DNA of 64,000 nucleotides from Plasmodiophora brassicae (Eukaryota), in NCBI GenBank assembly GCA_036867785.1, contig CP145413.1:1426001-1490000 (forward strand). Direction: 5' to 3'. Positions 1 to 11,479 of the stretch are shown here, piece by piece. The notes beneath the pieces were generated by a model that searched no databases, had not been told where the DNA came from, and saw only the letters and a list, made by a program, of their open reading frames with translations. The position numbers were made by a program, and so were the translations under genes. Positions within the stretch are counted from its first letter, which is position 1. Each line of letters starts with the position of its first letter.

Positions 1-294
1 GTGCAGAGACGGCATTTCAGCGCCAAGCTGGGTGTGGCCGAGGTTATACTTGTTGCAGGCTCGGTACAGTCGAATGTACCCATCAGCGGGAGGATCAATA
101 TCGTCGAACTTCATTTCGGCCCAGACTAGCACGACGCCTACTTGGTATACTCCGATGTGAGTTTCGATATGCTGAAATGAGAATGGATCTGTTTACTGAG
201 AATGGTTTGGTGTCAACCACCTTTGTTCCACAAATAGCGTGCACCAGATTTAGGGCACACCATTTCCCATACAAACGTTCCATTCTTAGACCGA

Positions 295-606
295 TGCATC
301 GCTCCACAGAACGTTCGACCACACCGAACTATCGCTAGACGGCCGATAGAACTTGCCAGCACACGTCGTTGTCTGACAGATATGTATGACGGTTGACAGT
401 CGACGACGACGGCGATGACGATGCGAAAGTAAGGATACTTCGAAGTAAAATCCCACGGCCCCGCCCGAGTCACGATCGTTACGTCACGCATCGTGCAGGA
501 GCCGTCGACATCCCCCGTCCGGGCGGTCTGTGCGAACAACACGTGCGCCTGTCTGTATTGATCCCGTCCTAGACGACGATGGTGCCGAAGCAGTGGAAGC
601 ACATGC
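295..606. repeat. Degenerate inverted repeat mirroring the 3' end of the FYVE gene (centre ~455)
   Basis: Collinear mirrored blocks: tgcatcgctccac vs gtggaagcacatgca; ctagacgg vs ccgtcctag; cacgtcgttgtctgacaga vs tctgtgcgaacaacacgtg; gacggc..acgatgcg..gtaaggat vs atcgttac..cgcatcgt..gccgtc. Confidence 0.55.
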
Positions 607-2017
607 AGGAGAGCGGCGCCGCGTCCGGTACCGCCCCGTCCTGCACGCACTCGTTGGCCCGGATGATGCACTCCTTCATCAGGCGCAGCTGGTCGGCCTT
701 GACCTACGGTAGCGGGTCGGGGCGCGCTCATCCCAATCCCGACACGCGTCGCCCCGTACCTGGAGCTGCGTCCGCGCGCTGACGATATCGTCGACCGGTT
801 CGAACAGCGTCGAGCGGCGCCGGCGACTGGCCTCCGCCTCCGCCGTGCTCGTCGCGCTCCCGCTCTTCACCGTCTGTCGCCGCGTCGCTTCGTCCTCCTG
901 GGCGTCCGCGATCCCCGACAGGGCGTCCAGAATCTCGCCGTCGACCACGGTCAGCAAGTGGACGCGGGACGCCCCGGACCCGGTCACCGTCGTCGTCGTT
1001 GAAGCCCTGACCACGCACGAGTCGAGTCAGCACACCCGTCCACGACGCCGGCGGCGCCTGCCACCGCGTTACGCTCGGGACAGCTTCCAGGCCAGCGACC
1101 CCGCCATGCGGATCACGCGTTCCGTCCTGACGTCGCGCAGGTCGACCTGGAGATGGTCGACCAGGCCCAGGACGACGACGTCTGCCGCCGCCGCCGCCGG
1201 GGGCCGCCCGGGTCCCGCCCCGCCGTCGTCGTTCGCCCCGGGCAGGCCGACGGCCTGGATCACGACGTGGCCGGCGCCGACGAACGTGCCCGACGACGTG
1301 TGCAGGCGCGCCGTGAACAGGGCGGATCCCTGACGAAGTGGTCAGGCGCCAGCGAACGTTCGGCAGGTGCACGCGCGCGCACCTGCGCCTGGAATTGCAG
1401 GTCGAGGCGCAGGCGTCGCGTGTCATCGAACGTCCAGTGGCCGGACTGGACCGCCTGGGCCTGCTGCTGCTGCTGGCCGATGGACTCGTAGCAGGTGCAG
1501 GCGAGCGTGCGCGTCAGGCGACAGGCAGCCGTCACCGGGGCGACGTCGTCGAACTCGGCGACCATGACGGCGTGGCCGGCCGGTTCGGCCAGGCCGCTGA
1601 AGATCGAGGTCGGCAGGGGCACGACGGCCTGTGTCGCGCGCGAGCGGTGCTGGTCAGACGGCGGCACGGCCCGCCCGAGCGAAGGCGGCGAACCTTCTGG
1701 ACGGCGGCGGCGGCGCCGTTGAACCCGACGGTGGCCGGCTGCGACCCGCGCCGCTGCTTGACGAAGCACGAGTCGCAGACGCGGACGAAGCCCTGGTCGG
1801 GCGACAGCTCGCAGCGGTTCGACGAGCAGGACTTGCAGAAGAGCTGGCCGCACAGGCGGCAGTGATGGCGCCGGTTGAACATGTTGAACTTGCGCAGGCA
1901 GCCGAAGCAGGCGTCGTACGAGTGGTCGTGCACCCATCGGCGCGCCTCCCGGGGCGACACGCCCGTCGCCGCCGCCGCCGGCAGCGCCCTGGTCGCGTCC
2001 GTCGCCGACGACTTCAT
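569..2017 (-). CDS. FYVE zinc-finger domain protein, multi-exon
   Basis: N-terminal WVHDHSYDACFGCLRKFNMFNRRHHCRLCGQLFCKSCS...RVCDSC matches FYVE (WxxD, RRHHCR, RVC). Downstream exons were stitched by eye across ORFs 1260-2114, 1069-1263 and 679-1014; stop after ...FGTIVV at 569-571. Internal exon borders are approximate. Confidence 0.8.
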
Positions 2018-2347
2018 CGTAATCGGGAAGTTTGCGCCCGACGTAACGACAACGACAGCGAGCGGCAGAGACGGGCGGCGGCTGCTGCTGCCGCTGCCTG
2101 GCCTGACCTGACACGTATCAGCGCCGTGCAAACAGTCACAAGTCGAGCACACTCACACGCTGGCCTGCCTCGTTTCGCGCCTGCCAGCCTGGCCTCCCGT
2201 CGCGCGCGTTCCTCCACCTAACGCCATGCTGGCCCCGGCTGTGCCAGGCGCAGGGTGGCCCGAACGGAAACAGATTCACAGGGGCGGGCGGCACGCGGCC
2301 GGCGTCAGTCGCCCGAATCTCTGGGGGGAGGGGCAGGCAGGCGGCCG

Positions 2348-3781
2348 ATGATGACCATGTTCCAGGTGTACCTGTTCGTCGCGTTCCAGGGCATGGTCGC
2401 CTACGTCGTCTGGTACGTTGGCAGGCGGATCCGCGCGTCCCCCGCCGTCGTGTCGAGGCGCCCGGCTGGGCCCTCGCCGACGCACGTCAAGAAGGACAGC
2501 CTGATGGTGCCCGACGGGGCGCCGCCCCTGGTCCCCGACAAGGCCGACGACGATGACGGCGACGGCCCGGGGCTGAAGGCGCGCTCGCTGGGGGCGTGGG
2601 GCGAGCAGACCATGCGGAAATGGGGATCGCAGGAGTCCATGGAGGCCAGGCGCACGATGATCATCAACGAGCTGTTCCAGGTCGGTCGCACGTCCGCCCA
2701 GCATCATCGGGTACTAACGAGCAGCGTCGTGCGGCACACACACACACAGACGGAGGAGTCGTACCTGAAGAGCCTGCATGCCCTGCGGGACAGGTGGATC
2801 GCGCCGATGACCAAGGCGGCCGCCGACCGGTCGATGGGGACGCTGTCGGCCCGCGACCTGCAGATGCTGTCGTTCGCCAACGTCGACATCATCGTCAGCC
2901 TGCACGACGCCCTGCTGCCGCAGCTGAAGGACGCCAGCAACATCGGGGCCGCGTTCGTCAAGTTCGGCGACTACCTGAAGATGTACACGGCGTTCGTCAA
3001 CGGGTACGACAACGTGCTCAGCACGCTGGCCGCCCTCAAGGCCAACAAGAAGTTCAAGGCGTTCGGCGACGCGATCCGGGCCGCCGACCCGACGCTGTCG
3101 CTCGAGAGCCTGATGATCATGCCCATCCAGCGCATCCCACGATACCTGGTAGGCGACGTGTGTCTGCTACGGCTGGGACGGGGGCACACGTACTGAGCCA
3201 GACCCAGTTGCTGCTGACCGAGCTGAAGAAGCACACGCCCGAGTTCCACAACGACTATGCGGCGATCGCCACCGCCTGCGAGCGCCTCAAGCTGATCGCC
3301 AACCACATCAACTCGTCCAAGGCCAACTTCGAGAACGTCAACGCGATCCTTCAGTTGCAATCGCGAATCACCGGCTACGACCACACGCTGATCGAGCCCG
3401 GGCGCGTTCTCGTCCACGAAGGGCGCCTGCAGGTTCGCAAAGGCGCCGGCGCCGCCGGTGTCCTGTCGCCCATGCGGTCCACCAGCCAGTGCATGGTCGT
3501 CCTGTTCAACGACATGTGCCTGTGGACCAACCTGTCCTACAAATTCAAAGGTCAGCAGTCACCGGGAGCGAGCGATGAGTGCCGTCGTTGAGCATCGTGG
3601 TTGGGCAGGGTCGTGCCCGTTGTCTGGCGCCCGTCTGGAGCTGGACAACGACGATCCGGACGCAGCCGAGTTGGCGTTGGTATCGTCGGCGGGGACGACC
3701 TGTTTCATAGCGGAAAGCGGCAGCGAGCGCGAGCAGTGGCGCGCGAGAATCCAGGCGCAGATCGATAAACTCGCTGAATGA
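2348..3781 (+). CDS. RhoGEF (DH-PH) protein with N-terminal hydrophobic anchor
   Basis: DH motifs IINELFQ|TEESYLKSL, FVKFGDYLKMYTAFVNGY, LMIMPIQRIPRYL|LLTELKKHT; PH-like RVLVHEGRL...VLFNDMCLW...EREQWRARIQ. Introns 2681-2749 (TACTAAC at 2712), 3149-3207, 3551-3608. Confidence 0.9.
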
Positions 3782-3849
3782 CGCGATTGCTGACACATGT
3801 GACGCCCACTACGTCGATACGCGAATCGGGTCGGTGTACTGAGAATGGG

Positions 3850-5002
3850 CTAGCTGGGCGTCTTCGCGCTGTCGTCGATATTCTTCGCGACATCGTCGAT
3901 CTTGTCGAGGGCGACCTCCTCTAAACGTCTGCCGCCGTGGCCGTCCTTCGAGTCGGCGTGGTGCTGGACGTTGCTGACCAGGTAGCCGATGACGACGATC
4001 GCGACGCCCGTGCAGTACAGCCAGCCGAAGCGCTTGCCCAGGACGACGAGCTCAACGGCCATCGTCAGCGGTGTCGTCAGGCAGAGGCCCACCGTGGCCA
4101 GGAACGGCGACGTCAGAACCGTGGCCTTGGCCCACACGAGGTTGCTGGCAATCGTCAGGATGCCGTTGACAAACAGCCAGAACACGTCCTCCCCATTCAG
4201 GAGCAGGGCGAGGCTCGGTTCGACGCCGAGCAGTTGCAGGACAACGACAAAGGGCAGGACGGCAATGGCGCACATCAGCCCCGTCAGGCCGAAGAACAGG
4301 GTCATGTCGACGCGCGACTCGTCAGTGATCTATGTAGGCACAAACGACGATGATCAGACGGACACGCAGGACGGGTAACGAGGGGCGCACCTGTCGCGCC
4401 AGGTACGTCGTGTAGAACCCGCTGAGGCAGGCCGACACGAGCGCGCCCGCATCGCCATACAGGGATTGCGGCCTGGCCGCGTCGTCCGTCTGCCACGACA
4501 CGAGGCCGACGCCGGCGACGGTCAGGACGGCCCCGACGATGTTGACCGGGCGGACCGGCGTCCGCAGCATGACGCGGGAGAACGCGATGGCGAATATCGA
4601 CGACATCGACGAGATGATCGCGTTGTTCGTCATCGACGTCTTGTCCAGCGACCAGTTGAACGTGATCGACATGGCGAACAGGACCGGGGTGAACACGGCC
4701 GCGTACCGAATCGTGCGACGGTAATCCGTCCCCGGGCCGGCCCGTTTCTGTGGGATGTGCTGCCGGACCGCCCAGCCCACGATGTAGAGCATGGCAACGG
4801 AGCTGTTGAAGTACGAGACGAAGAACGGGCGCGCCAGGACCTGCGTCAGGAACGACGACCCGACGAACATGGACGCGACGGCGAACAGCAGGATCGCGCC
4901 GACGGCATGCGACTTCCGCCCCGCTGACGCCTTCGTCGATGCCAGCGTCGACACGCTGCTGCCGTCCAGCGATGCATCGTCGACGGCGACGGTCTGCTGC
5001 AT
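3850..5002 (-). CDS. EamA/DMT-superfamily transporter (SLC35F-like)
   Basis: About 10 hydrophobic helices; motifs FNWSLDKTSMTNNAIISSMSSIF, LVWAKATVLTSPFLATVGLCLTTPL. Intron 4330-4390 joins ORFs 4322-5092 and 3850-4305 in frame. Confidence 0.85.
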
Positions 5003-5259
5003 CGCTCGCCCCGCCCCCCTCCCTCCCACCGCCTGTTGCCAAAATGCAGCAGCGGCGGCAGCGGCGAGGGCGCGTCCAGCACCGAGACGCACGGCAGCCC
5101 CAGTCGGACTCGGACTACAGGACGCCGCCGTCGTCGACTATAAATAGATCGTCCAGGTCCGCACCGTGGGACGTGACGACTGGCGCAGCGTCCGCACTCC
5201 GCAACTGCAGTCATCACTCGGTCGCCGCCCCCCACACTCTCCCTAAACGCAAACACGTC

Positions 5260-6372
5260 TCAGCCAAGGCGCAATCGAACGTCGGCGCCTATTTGTATTC
5301 CTGTCGCGGAACGAACGCAGAGCTGGCGCGCTAATACGAGTGCGAGTGTTGCACTGGGGCCCACTGCCGGTACCTGCGGTTGCCGGGTGGGCCGCGGCTT
5401 GAACATGGCGACACGGAAGGCGCTGTCCAGGGCGCGGCCGTTGTTGAACCGTGAGAAGCAGGTCGTCCATCCCGACGGGCTGAACAGGAACGACGTGGAC
5501 ACGGCCAGGATCGACCCGAGGCAGACAGAGATCATGGAGAGGGACATGCCCAAGGCGCAGCGGCTCAGTCGGGCAAGTAACGCGTTCATCCCCGGTGCCC
5601 GAACCGCGGCGGCGCTCGTCACCGCCTGGACGTCGTGGGCGAACCGGTAATACCGTATAACGTAGACGAGAACGTGGAGGCCCACTGTCAGCTGCAGCAG
5701 GAACAGGAGCCCGGCTGCGATGGAGATCAGCAGGCTCGAGTAGTGATTCGTCGTCCACACGGCAGTGACGGCAGTGTCCACAGCAATGGGGATCGTGACA
5801 AGCAGGTAGAATGCGACCGGGTAATCCCCTCGGACGACGCGAGTCAGCAGCGTTTCCGATTCGACCAGGTCGGCCATGTGACGCACCCAGACCGATGCGG
5901 ACAGCAGGGACGATGCGAAACTCCACCCGCCCAGCAGCGACAGGAAGTACTGGATCAGCGAGTACGGCAGGTTCGACGTGCTGTAGAACCCGCCGATGGC
6001 CAGTACGGCACCGCACGACGTGACCGTCACCATGTCGATGGCCAGGACAACATGCGGTAAACGAAACGACTCCCGCGTAAACGTGGCCCATCTCGCCAGC
6101 GACCGCCTTCGCGCTGCGACAGCGTCCCTGTACTCGCCGTCGATGATACGCATGTGGTCAGCAAAGTACGCAGCGGCCGCCAGGCCAGATGCGATCATGA
6201 TTGCACTCGGCAGGATGCGTATGAGCAGCTGGTAGTACCACGATCCGAATGTGGCCTGCCCGACGTTCTCGTCGGGGTACACGGTGGCGTTCTGCCCAGG
6301 AGCATGCGTGATGAGCGCGCTGTACACATCGTTGCTGGGGCCGACCGGCAGGAACAGCATAGGGAGGTGACG
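5260..6372 (-). pseudogene. PA-7TM family copy 1, 5'-truncated (lacks signal peptide/PA exon); the 7TM part is an open ORF
   Basis: Homologous to exon 2 of the other copies from RHLPMLFL onward. Homology stops at ~6372, under 100 bp from the stop of copy 2, leaving no room for exon 1. Confidence 0.65.
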
Positions 6373-6457
6373 CCGTATGCAGGTCTTCGTAGTGGATCAA
6401 CTTGGATCGAACGGGAGATATACAGCAAATAGGAATAGAGTGGATTGCCATCCCAGT

Positions 6458-7969
6458 TCATTGAATGCTCTGCGCTGCCCTTGATGGAACACAGCGAACA
6501 TCTCGATCGTCTCCAAGGTCGAATCGCGGCTTGAACATGGCGACTCGGAAGGCACTGTCCAATGCTCGGCCGTTGTAGGTCAAGGCGAAACAGATCGTCC
6601 ATCCGGTCGGGCTGAACAAGAACGGCGTCGACACGGCCATGAGTGTGCCCAGGCAGACCATGATCGTCGATAAAGACATGCCCAGAGCGCAGCGACAAAG
6701 TCGTGTCAGCAGCCTTTGCATGCCGGATTCGCTTCCAGCTGCGAACCCTTTGGCTTGCGACTGGACGTCCCTGACGGTCGTGTAGTAGCGCAGGACGATC
6801 ATCAGGACGTACAGGCCCACTGTCAGCTGGAATACAAACAGGGTGGCGGCGACGATGGACGAAACCAGGGGTAGGTAGAAGTTCGTCGCCCACATCGCGC
6901 TGATTGCCGTGTCGATCACGACCGGTATGACCAGCAACACGGCGAAAGCATGGGGATGGTCGCCCCGGAAGACGCGCGTCAACCACGACGTCGACTCGAG
7001 CAGGTCGGCCAGGTGCCGTACCCAGACCGATGCGGACAGGAGCGAGCACACGAGGCTCCATCCGCTGAGCAGCGACAGGAAACACTGGACGACAGGATAC
7101 GGCAGGTTCGGTGTGCTGTAGAACCCGCCGATGGCCAGTACGATACCGGACAGGGTGGCCGTGACCATCTCGATGGCCAGGACGGCGTGCGGCAGACCGA
7201 CAGCCCCTCGCACGAAGGTGGCCCATCGGTCAAAGCAGCGCACAGCAGCCGGGACGTCGCTCCTGTACCCGTTGTTGATCAGGCGCATGTGGAACGCAAA
7301 GTAGAGCATCGCGATCGTGCCGGCGACGATCAAGACGGCGCTGGGCAGGATCCGGACGAACAGCTGGTAGTACCATGATGCCATCGTGGCCTGCCAGACG
7401 TTGACATCAGGATGCACGGCGGCGTCCTGCCCAGGGGCAGTAGCGATCAGGGTGTCGTACACGTCGCGGCTGGGCCCGACCTGCAGGAACAGCATTTCGA
7501 GGTGACGCGTGCGGGCACCTCGTGATCCGTCGTTGCCGTACACGGTGACGGATGGGACCTGGTCCACCTGCGGCACTGTCCTTGGACGCTCAGGCATCGA
7601 AACCGGCTGGACGGCACAGCATCGGGTGCACTTACGAATGACGGCAACGGCACCGGTGGCGTACAAGTTCAGGTATTGGACCTCGAACGAGCAGGCGGCG
7701 CAGGATGCCGTCCAGTCTGTGGTGAGGATAACGCAGCCTGGGCAGCGCATCGTGGTCGGTTCGCAGAGGTTGCCGCTGAACAGCGCTACCCTGCCGCTCC
7801 TGTTGCTGGACGCATCGCCTGGCTGAGGACCCAGAAACGACGTCGCTGCTGGTGCGTACAGGTCCAGCGCGTGAAGTCGATCGGCGGACGGCGCCGAAGG
7901 GAACGTGACGGAACACTCCACGAGGGCGACGGCCAGCGCCCAATGCAACACCATGTCCATGACGGGCAT
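6458..7969 (-). CDS. PA-7TM family copy 2 (signal peptide + PA-like domain + 7 TM helices)
   Basis: MPVMDMVLHWALAVALVECS signal-like start; SFLGPQ...LFSGNLCEP...CSFEVQY...GAVAVI resembles a PA domain; 7 hydrophobic segments; phase-1 intron 7576-7635 (60 nt, stop-free, so read through in the ORF track). Confidence 0.8.
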   Translation of the reverse strand: MPVMDMVLHWALAVALVECSVTFPSAPSADRLHALDLYAPAATSFLGPQPGDASSNRSGRVALFSGNLCEPTTMRCPGCVILTTDWTASCAACSFEVQYLNLYATGAVAVIRKCTRCCAVQPVSMPERPRTVPQVDQVPSVTVYGNDGSRGARTRHLEMLFLQVGPSRDVYDTLIATAPGQDAAVHPDVNVWQATMASWYYQLFVRILPSAVLIVAGTIAMLYFAFHMRLINNGYRSDVPAAVRCFDRWATFVRGAVGLPHAVLAIEMVTATLSGIVLAIGGFYSTPNLPYPVVQCFLSLLSGWSLVCSLLSASVWVRHLADLLESTSWLTRVFRGDHPHAFAVLLVIPVVIDTAISAMWATNFYLPLVSSIVAATLFVFQLTVGLYVLMIVLRYYTTVRDVQSQAKGFAAGSESGMQRLLTRLCRCALGMSLSTIMVCLGTLMAVSTPFLFSPTGWTICFALTYNGRALDSAFRVAMFKPRFDLGDDRDVRCVPSRAAQSIQ

Positions 7970-8576
7970 TGCCGGCCGGCCCCGGCCCTGGGTGGCGTGT
8001 CCACGTTTTCTATCGACAACCTGCAAAGCAGTTACCTGCAAATGCAAGACGACGTATCGGGTCGCGTGTCCACTCGTTCGTCGAAGATATTCATTTGGTG
8101 ACAGGTATCACGTCAGGTGCCAATGCATTGCCAACCTGATTAATGTAAGGGCGCATGGGTCGAATTATTCAGGGATTTTATCCACTTGGGGCACTCTTCA
8201 CGACAGCGTCAGAGATCGGGGGTTTGTCGGATCGGAAGCTATGACGCAGCGGGATACGATCGATGGACAGCGTGACGTGCGTAACGAACGCGTTATGTCA
8301 GTCGGGTTTGCTTACCTGTGTCGCAAGTTTCAATCGGGATGGTGTGCGTCGTTGTATGGCGCCGTGCTACGGCGGAGGGCCTGCGGGTCCCGGAGTCGGC
8401 GCCCTCGGGAAACGTGCGAACCTTCCCGGAACCGGGGGCACATGTCGGATCGGAACCCGCATGTCGCCAAGAATAGGTAGACGGCAGCTGGCGCTCGGTT
8501 CCCGTCGGTTCGGTTCGCGGCTAGTGACATTGTTCGTCGTCTGTCGCCCGGGCACAATACTGTCCAGCGTGTGTAA

Positions 8577-9199
8577 ATGCAGGAAGGGACGGTTGTGGCG
8601 CAAGCTGGATCCCAGCTGTATGGGGCGGCGATACAGGTAGGAACCGTATCGCACCAGTGATGCCATGGTACCCAACAGCGAGCACCTGTCCAGGAACTCG
8701 GCACTCAACGCGCCTGCGTCGTGGTGGCCATCGGCATCCTGCTTGGCTCTGGCCTCTGGATCATGGACTCGGCTAAGCGGTGTACCAACCTCGAGTTGTC
8801 CCTCTACGGGATAACGGCCGGTTCGTGTGGCCTTATCGTTGCCGTCCTGTCGTTCCTGGCGATGTCGTACCAGGCCTACAGGCTGCACGCGGTCGGCAAC
8901 AGGCAAGGTCTGTCTCGCGTTTCTCGAATCATCTGTGCGACTCGCCTGACTGTCGAGCAGGGATGCGTGAGCAACTCCAGCAGGACAAGGAGGACCTGAG
9001 GGCGTACCGCCGCACGATCCTGAAAGCGAACACCCTCGTACCGCCGCTGCTGACCATCTTCGCGGCCGCGTACCTGGCCGTCCTGCACCCGTCCAAAGGC
9101 GTCCTACAGGACCTTGCGTTCGTGTTTGGCAAAACGCTCCTGCTGGCGGGCATCAGCTGCTGGATCCTCCTGTTCCTGACGCTGCGCTACTTCTGGTGA
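8577..9199 (+). CDS. Small 4-TM hypothetical membrane protein, 3 exons
   Basis: ATG 8577; introns 8637-8693 and 8908-8960 give a continuous frame MQEGTVV...CVVVAIGILLGSG...LLFLTLRYFW. Confidence 0.6.
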
Positions 9200-9308
9200 A
9201 CGGCAACAAGGTCAGGGTCCGGCCCTCTCATGTGCCAGTCGCTCGTCACACACTGTGTGTGCCTTTGTATCTTTGATAAACCCGGCGCTTCGTCACAATC
9301 GTATTGCA

Positions 9309-9764
9309 ATGGCGTCGACCGCAACGTTCCAGCAATACAGGCGACGAATGGCAGCGCTTCGTCTGCTCATCAAGGCGATGGGCACGGTCGAGCTCGTAGC
9401 CGCGGTCACGCTATCGGTCATGTACGCCGCGTACCCGGCGTCGTCCTCCCAGAATCCACATCTGTATTTCGCCATTGGGGCCATCATCACGGCCGCCAGC
9501 GGCATTATCACGTGCCTGGCGGGCACGTCCCGCACGAGGTCCATTGCCCTGGTCGCTGTCCTGTCCCGGACGATCGTCTTCGCGATCGCCGTGGGAGCTC
9601 TGATCATTGCACCTTCGCTGGCTCTCGCCGCCGTCGCCGTCGCCCAATTTCTGATCATTTACGCTGTATGGCGCCTTAGTGGTCTTGTCCGTCATCCGCA
9701 GGACTTCCTGGACGACCACCTACCATCATCACAGTCGTCCCCCGAGGTGGACTACCAGATCTGA
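9309..9764 (+). CDS. Small multi-TM hypothetical membrane protein
   Basis: Single ORF MASTATFQQY... with about 4 hydrophobic stretches. Confidence 0.6.
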   Translation: MASTATFQQYRRRMAALRLLIKAMGTVELVAAVTLSVMYAAYPASSSQNPHLYFAIGAIITAASGIITCLAGTSRTRSIALVAVLSRTIVFAIAVGALIIAPSLALAAVAVAQFLIIYAVWRLSGLVRHPQDFLDDHLPSSQSSPEVDYQI

Positions 9765-9780
9765 CCATTGAACGTTCATC
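9661..9780 (+). repeat. Direct repeat A1 (3' end of the 9309 gene), partner 12833-12950
   Basis: acgctgtatggcgcc...catccgcaggacttc...gaccacct..catcatcacagtc...accagatctgac...ttcatc is present at both sites. Confidence 0.85.
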
Positions 9781-9874
9781 TGCGGGCGACACTTTACCGC
9801 AATAATATCACCCGTTATAAGTGTCTGGATTCAGAATCACGATCGTCATTTTGTGAGCCCGGGAATCGAGTTCC

Positions 9875-10165
9875 ACACGTTCGGGTATGAGTCACTAGTC
9901 TCTCCTGCTTCAGAGAGTACTCCAGGTACTGGGTAGGGAACTCCTTGATGAATTTCGGCGATTTCCGTTCCTGGCGACAGTTCCAGGACGTCCGACTCGC
10001 TTAAGGGGAAGCTCACAAACTGTAGCTTGATGCAGCCCTGTCCACATTAATATTCCTGGCAGGAATGCTTACACGGAAACGTGTCCAGGTCGCTCGCCCT
10101 CCCCAGGTCTGTGCGTACCGTAGCAGAGGTTTATAGGGCTCAACGCATTGGGTAACCCGAATGTC
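9875..10165. repeat. Degenerate palindrome centred ~10019
   Basis: Centre aagct-caca-aac-tgt-agctt; collinear mirrored blocks ccagga/tcctgg, tttccgt/acggaaa, ctgggtaggg/ccctccccag, ctgct/agcag, ttcgggt/acccgaa. Confidence 0.45.
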
Positions 10166-10388
10166 GGAGGCAAGATGAGCCAGGCCTGGAGTTCTTCTCA
10201 CGGTATGCAGAAGAAGAGCTTCCCAGAGCAATAGTACGGCACCCCAGGCGACGACAAGGAGCTTCTTGTGAGGATACGCCAGTTCGGCGCGGTTGCTGCT
10301 TCACGAGGTACAGAACGATGTTGAAAGGTTCGCAACCCAGCTTGCCATTCAGCAACTACTCCGCACCGACGTTGTCGATGTCCAGGTG

Positions 10389-11276
10389 CTACCAATACTG
10401 TGTATTTGCGGTTGCCAGACGCACCCTAATGCTTAATATGTGTGGCACGGGGTCCCAAGCCGCCCCATGTGCGTTCTTAATGACGCGAGTCGCCAAAAGA
10501 TTCTCTGAAATTCCGTTCAGCTCCTCGTGGTTGCTCAGCGTGGCCGTAAAGGTCGAATAGAACAGGTCCGGTCGCAGTAGTACACTGTCAATGCACGCGT
10601 GGGGCACCTGATATCCACGCGTTCCAGTCCCAGAAACAAGTGTCAGGTACTCTAGGCAACCGCTAGCGTCCTCCTGATACGTCATGCGCATTCCCTTCGA
10701 CAGGAGCTCTTCGATTCCGTTGCCGGCATCCCCAACTTTCTTGCTTCCAATCTTCATTGTTCCGACCTTGACCGGTGTGTTTCGTGTCGGAATGCGATTC
10801 CGTCCGCGAGTCCCGACCGGGTAGATCTGCCGCAGCAGGCGCAGGCAATACCTGGTCAGTGAGTGGCCAATCTCGTGTAACGCCTTGACAAAGAGCAGCA
10901 CCGTCAAACAATCCAACGCGAGCTTGTCCTGTTCGACGATCGCAGTAAGAACCAAGGAGTTATCGATGGTTATTGAGCGCGACGCGTGATCGAACTTGCC
11001 GAAACTCCCACGTAGCGGGTGCCAGTGGATGGTCGACGGTATATCGTCACGCCAGCTATGGTCTGCATCAAACGCGTCGTAAGCTGCCTCCGAACTCCAC
11101 GGCAGACCAGCGTCAATTGCTTTGACAAAGGTATGCACCAGATCGAAGAGAAGGTCAGGGAACTCGGGCCCGTTGGCTGCCTCTGAGACAAGGCGTACCA
11201 CCTCGCCCTGAAAGGGGTGCAACTGAGGCAACCCGCCAGTCGACGAGATCGCAATGCGAGGCGCTGCTCCAACCAT
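10389..11276 (-). CDS. Intronless hypothetical protein with HExxH (zincin-like) motif
   Basis: 295-aa ORF, lower GC than its neighbours; KALHEIGH followed by TP...GDAGNGIEE. Confidence 0.6.
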   Translation of the reverse strand: MVGAAPRIAISSTGGLPQLHPFQGEVVRLVSEAANGPEFPDLLFDLVHTFVKAIDAGLPWSSEAAYDAFDADHSWRDDIPSTIHWHPLRGSFGKFDHASRSITIDNSLVLTAIVEQDKLALDCLTVLLFVKALHEIGHSLTRYCLRLLRQIYPVGTRGRNRIPTRNTPVKVGTMKIGSKKVGDAGNGIEELLSKGMRMTYQEDASGCLEYLTLVSGTGTRGYQVPHACIDSVLLRPDLFYSTFTATLSNHEELNGISENLLATRVIKNAHGAAWDPVPHILSIRVRLATANTQYW

Positions 11277-11361
11277 CTGTGAACGGCGACGCAGTTGAGA
11301 ATGAACTCCGAACCCCTATTCTGTACACAGAAATCAGGACTCCCAGATGGCCGAACTCATC

Positions 11362-11479
11362 ACCAAGGATGTCTTTCGGCGCAAAGTAGTCGATGAACTT
11401 ATACCTGTGATTTCGGCCATTTCGACGTCATAGCAGGTATAAGTTCATCGATTACTTTGCTTCGAAAGACATCCTTGGT
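11362..11479. repeat. 46-bp-arm inverted repeat (3 mismatches, 26-nt loop)
   Basis: accaaggatgtctttcggcgcaaagtagtcgatgaacttatacctg (11362-11407) pairs with caggtataagttcatcgattactttgcttcgaaagacatccttggt (11434-11479). Confidence 0.95.

Noticed and set aside
11362-11479. Hairpin as transposon TIR pair, MITE or terminator
   Set aside because: The arm is internal transposase coding sequence; no TA target duplication or U-tract seen.
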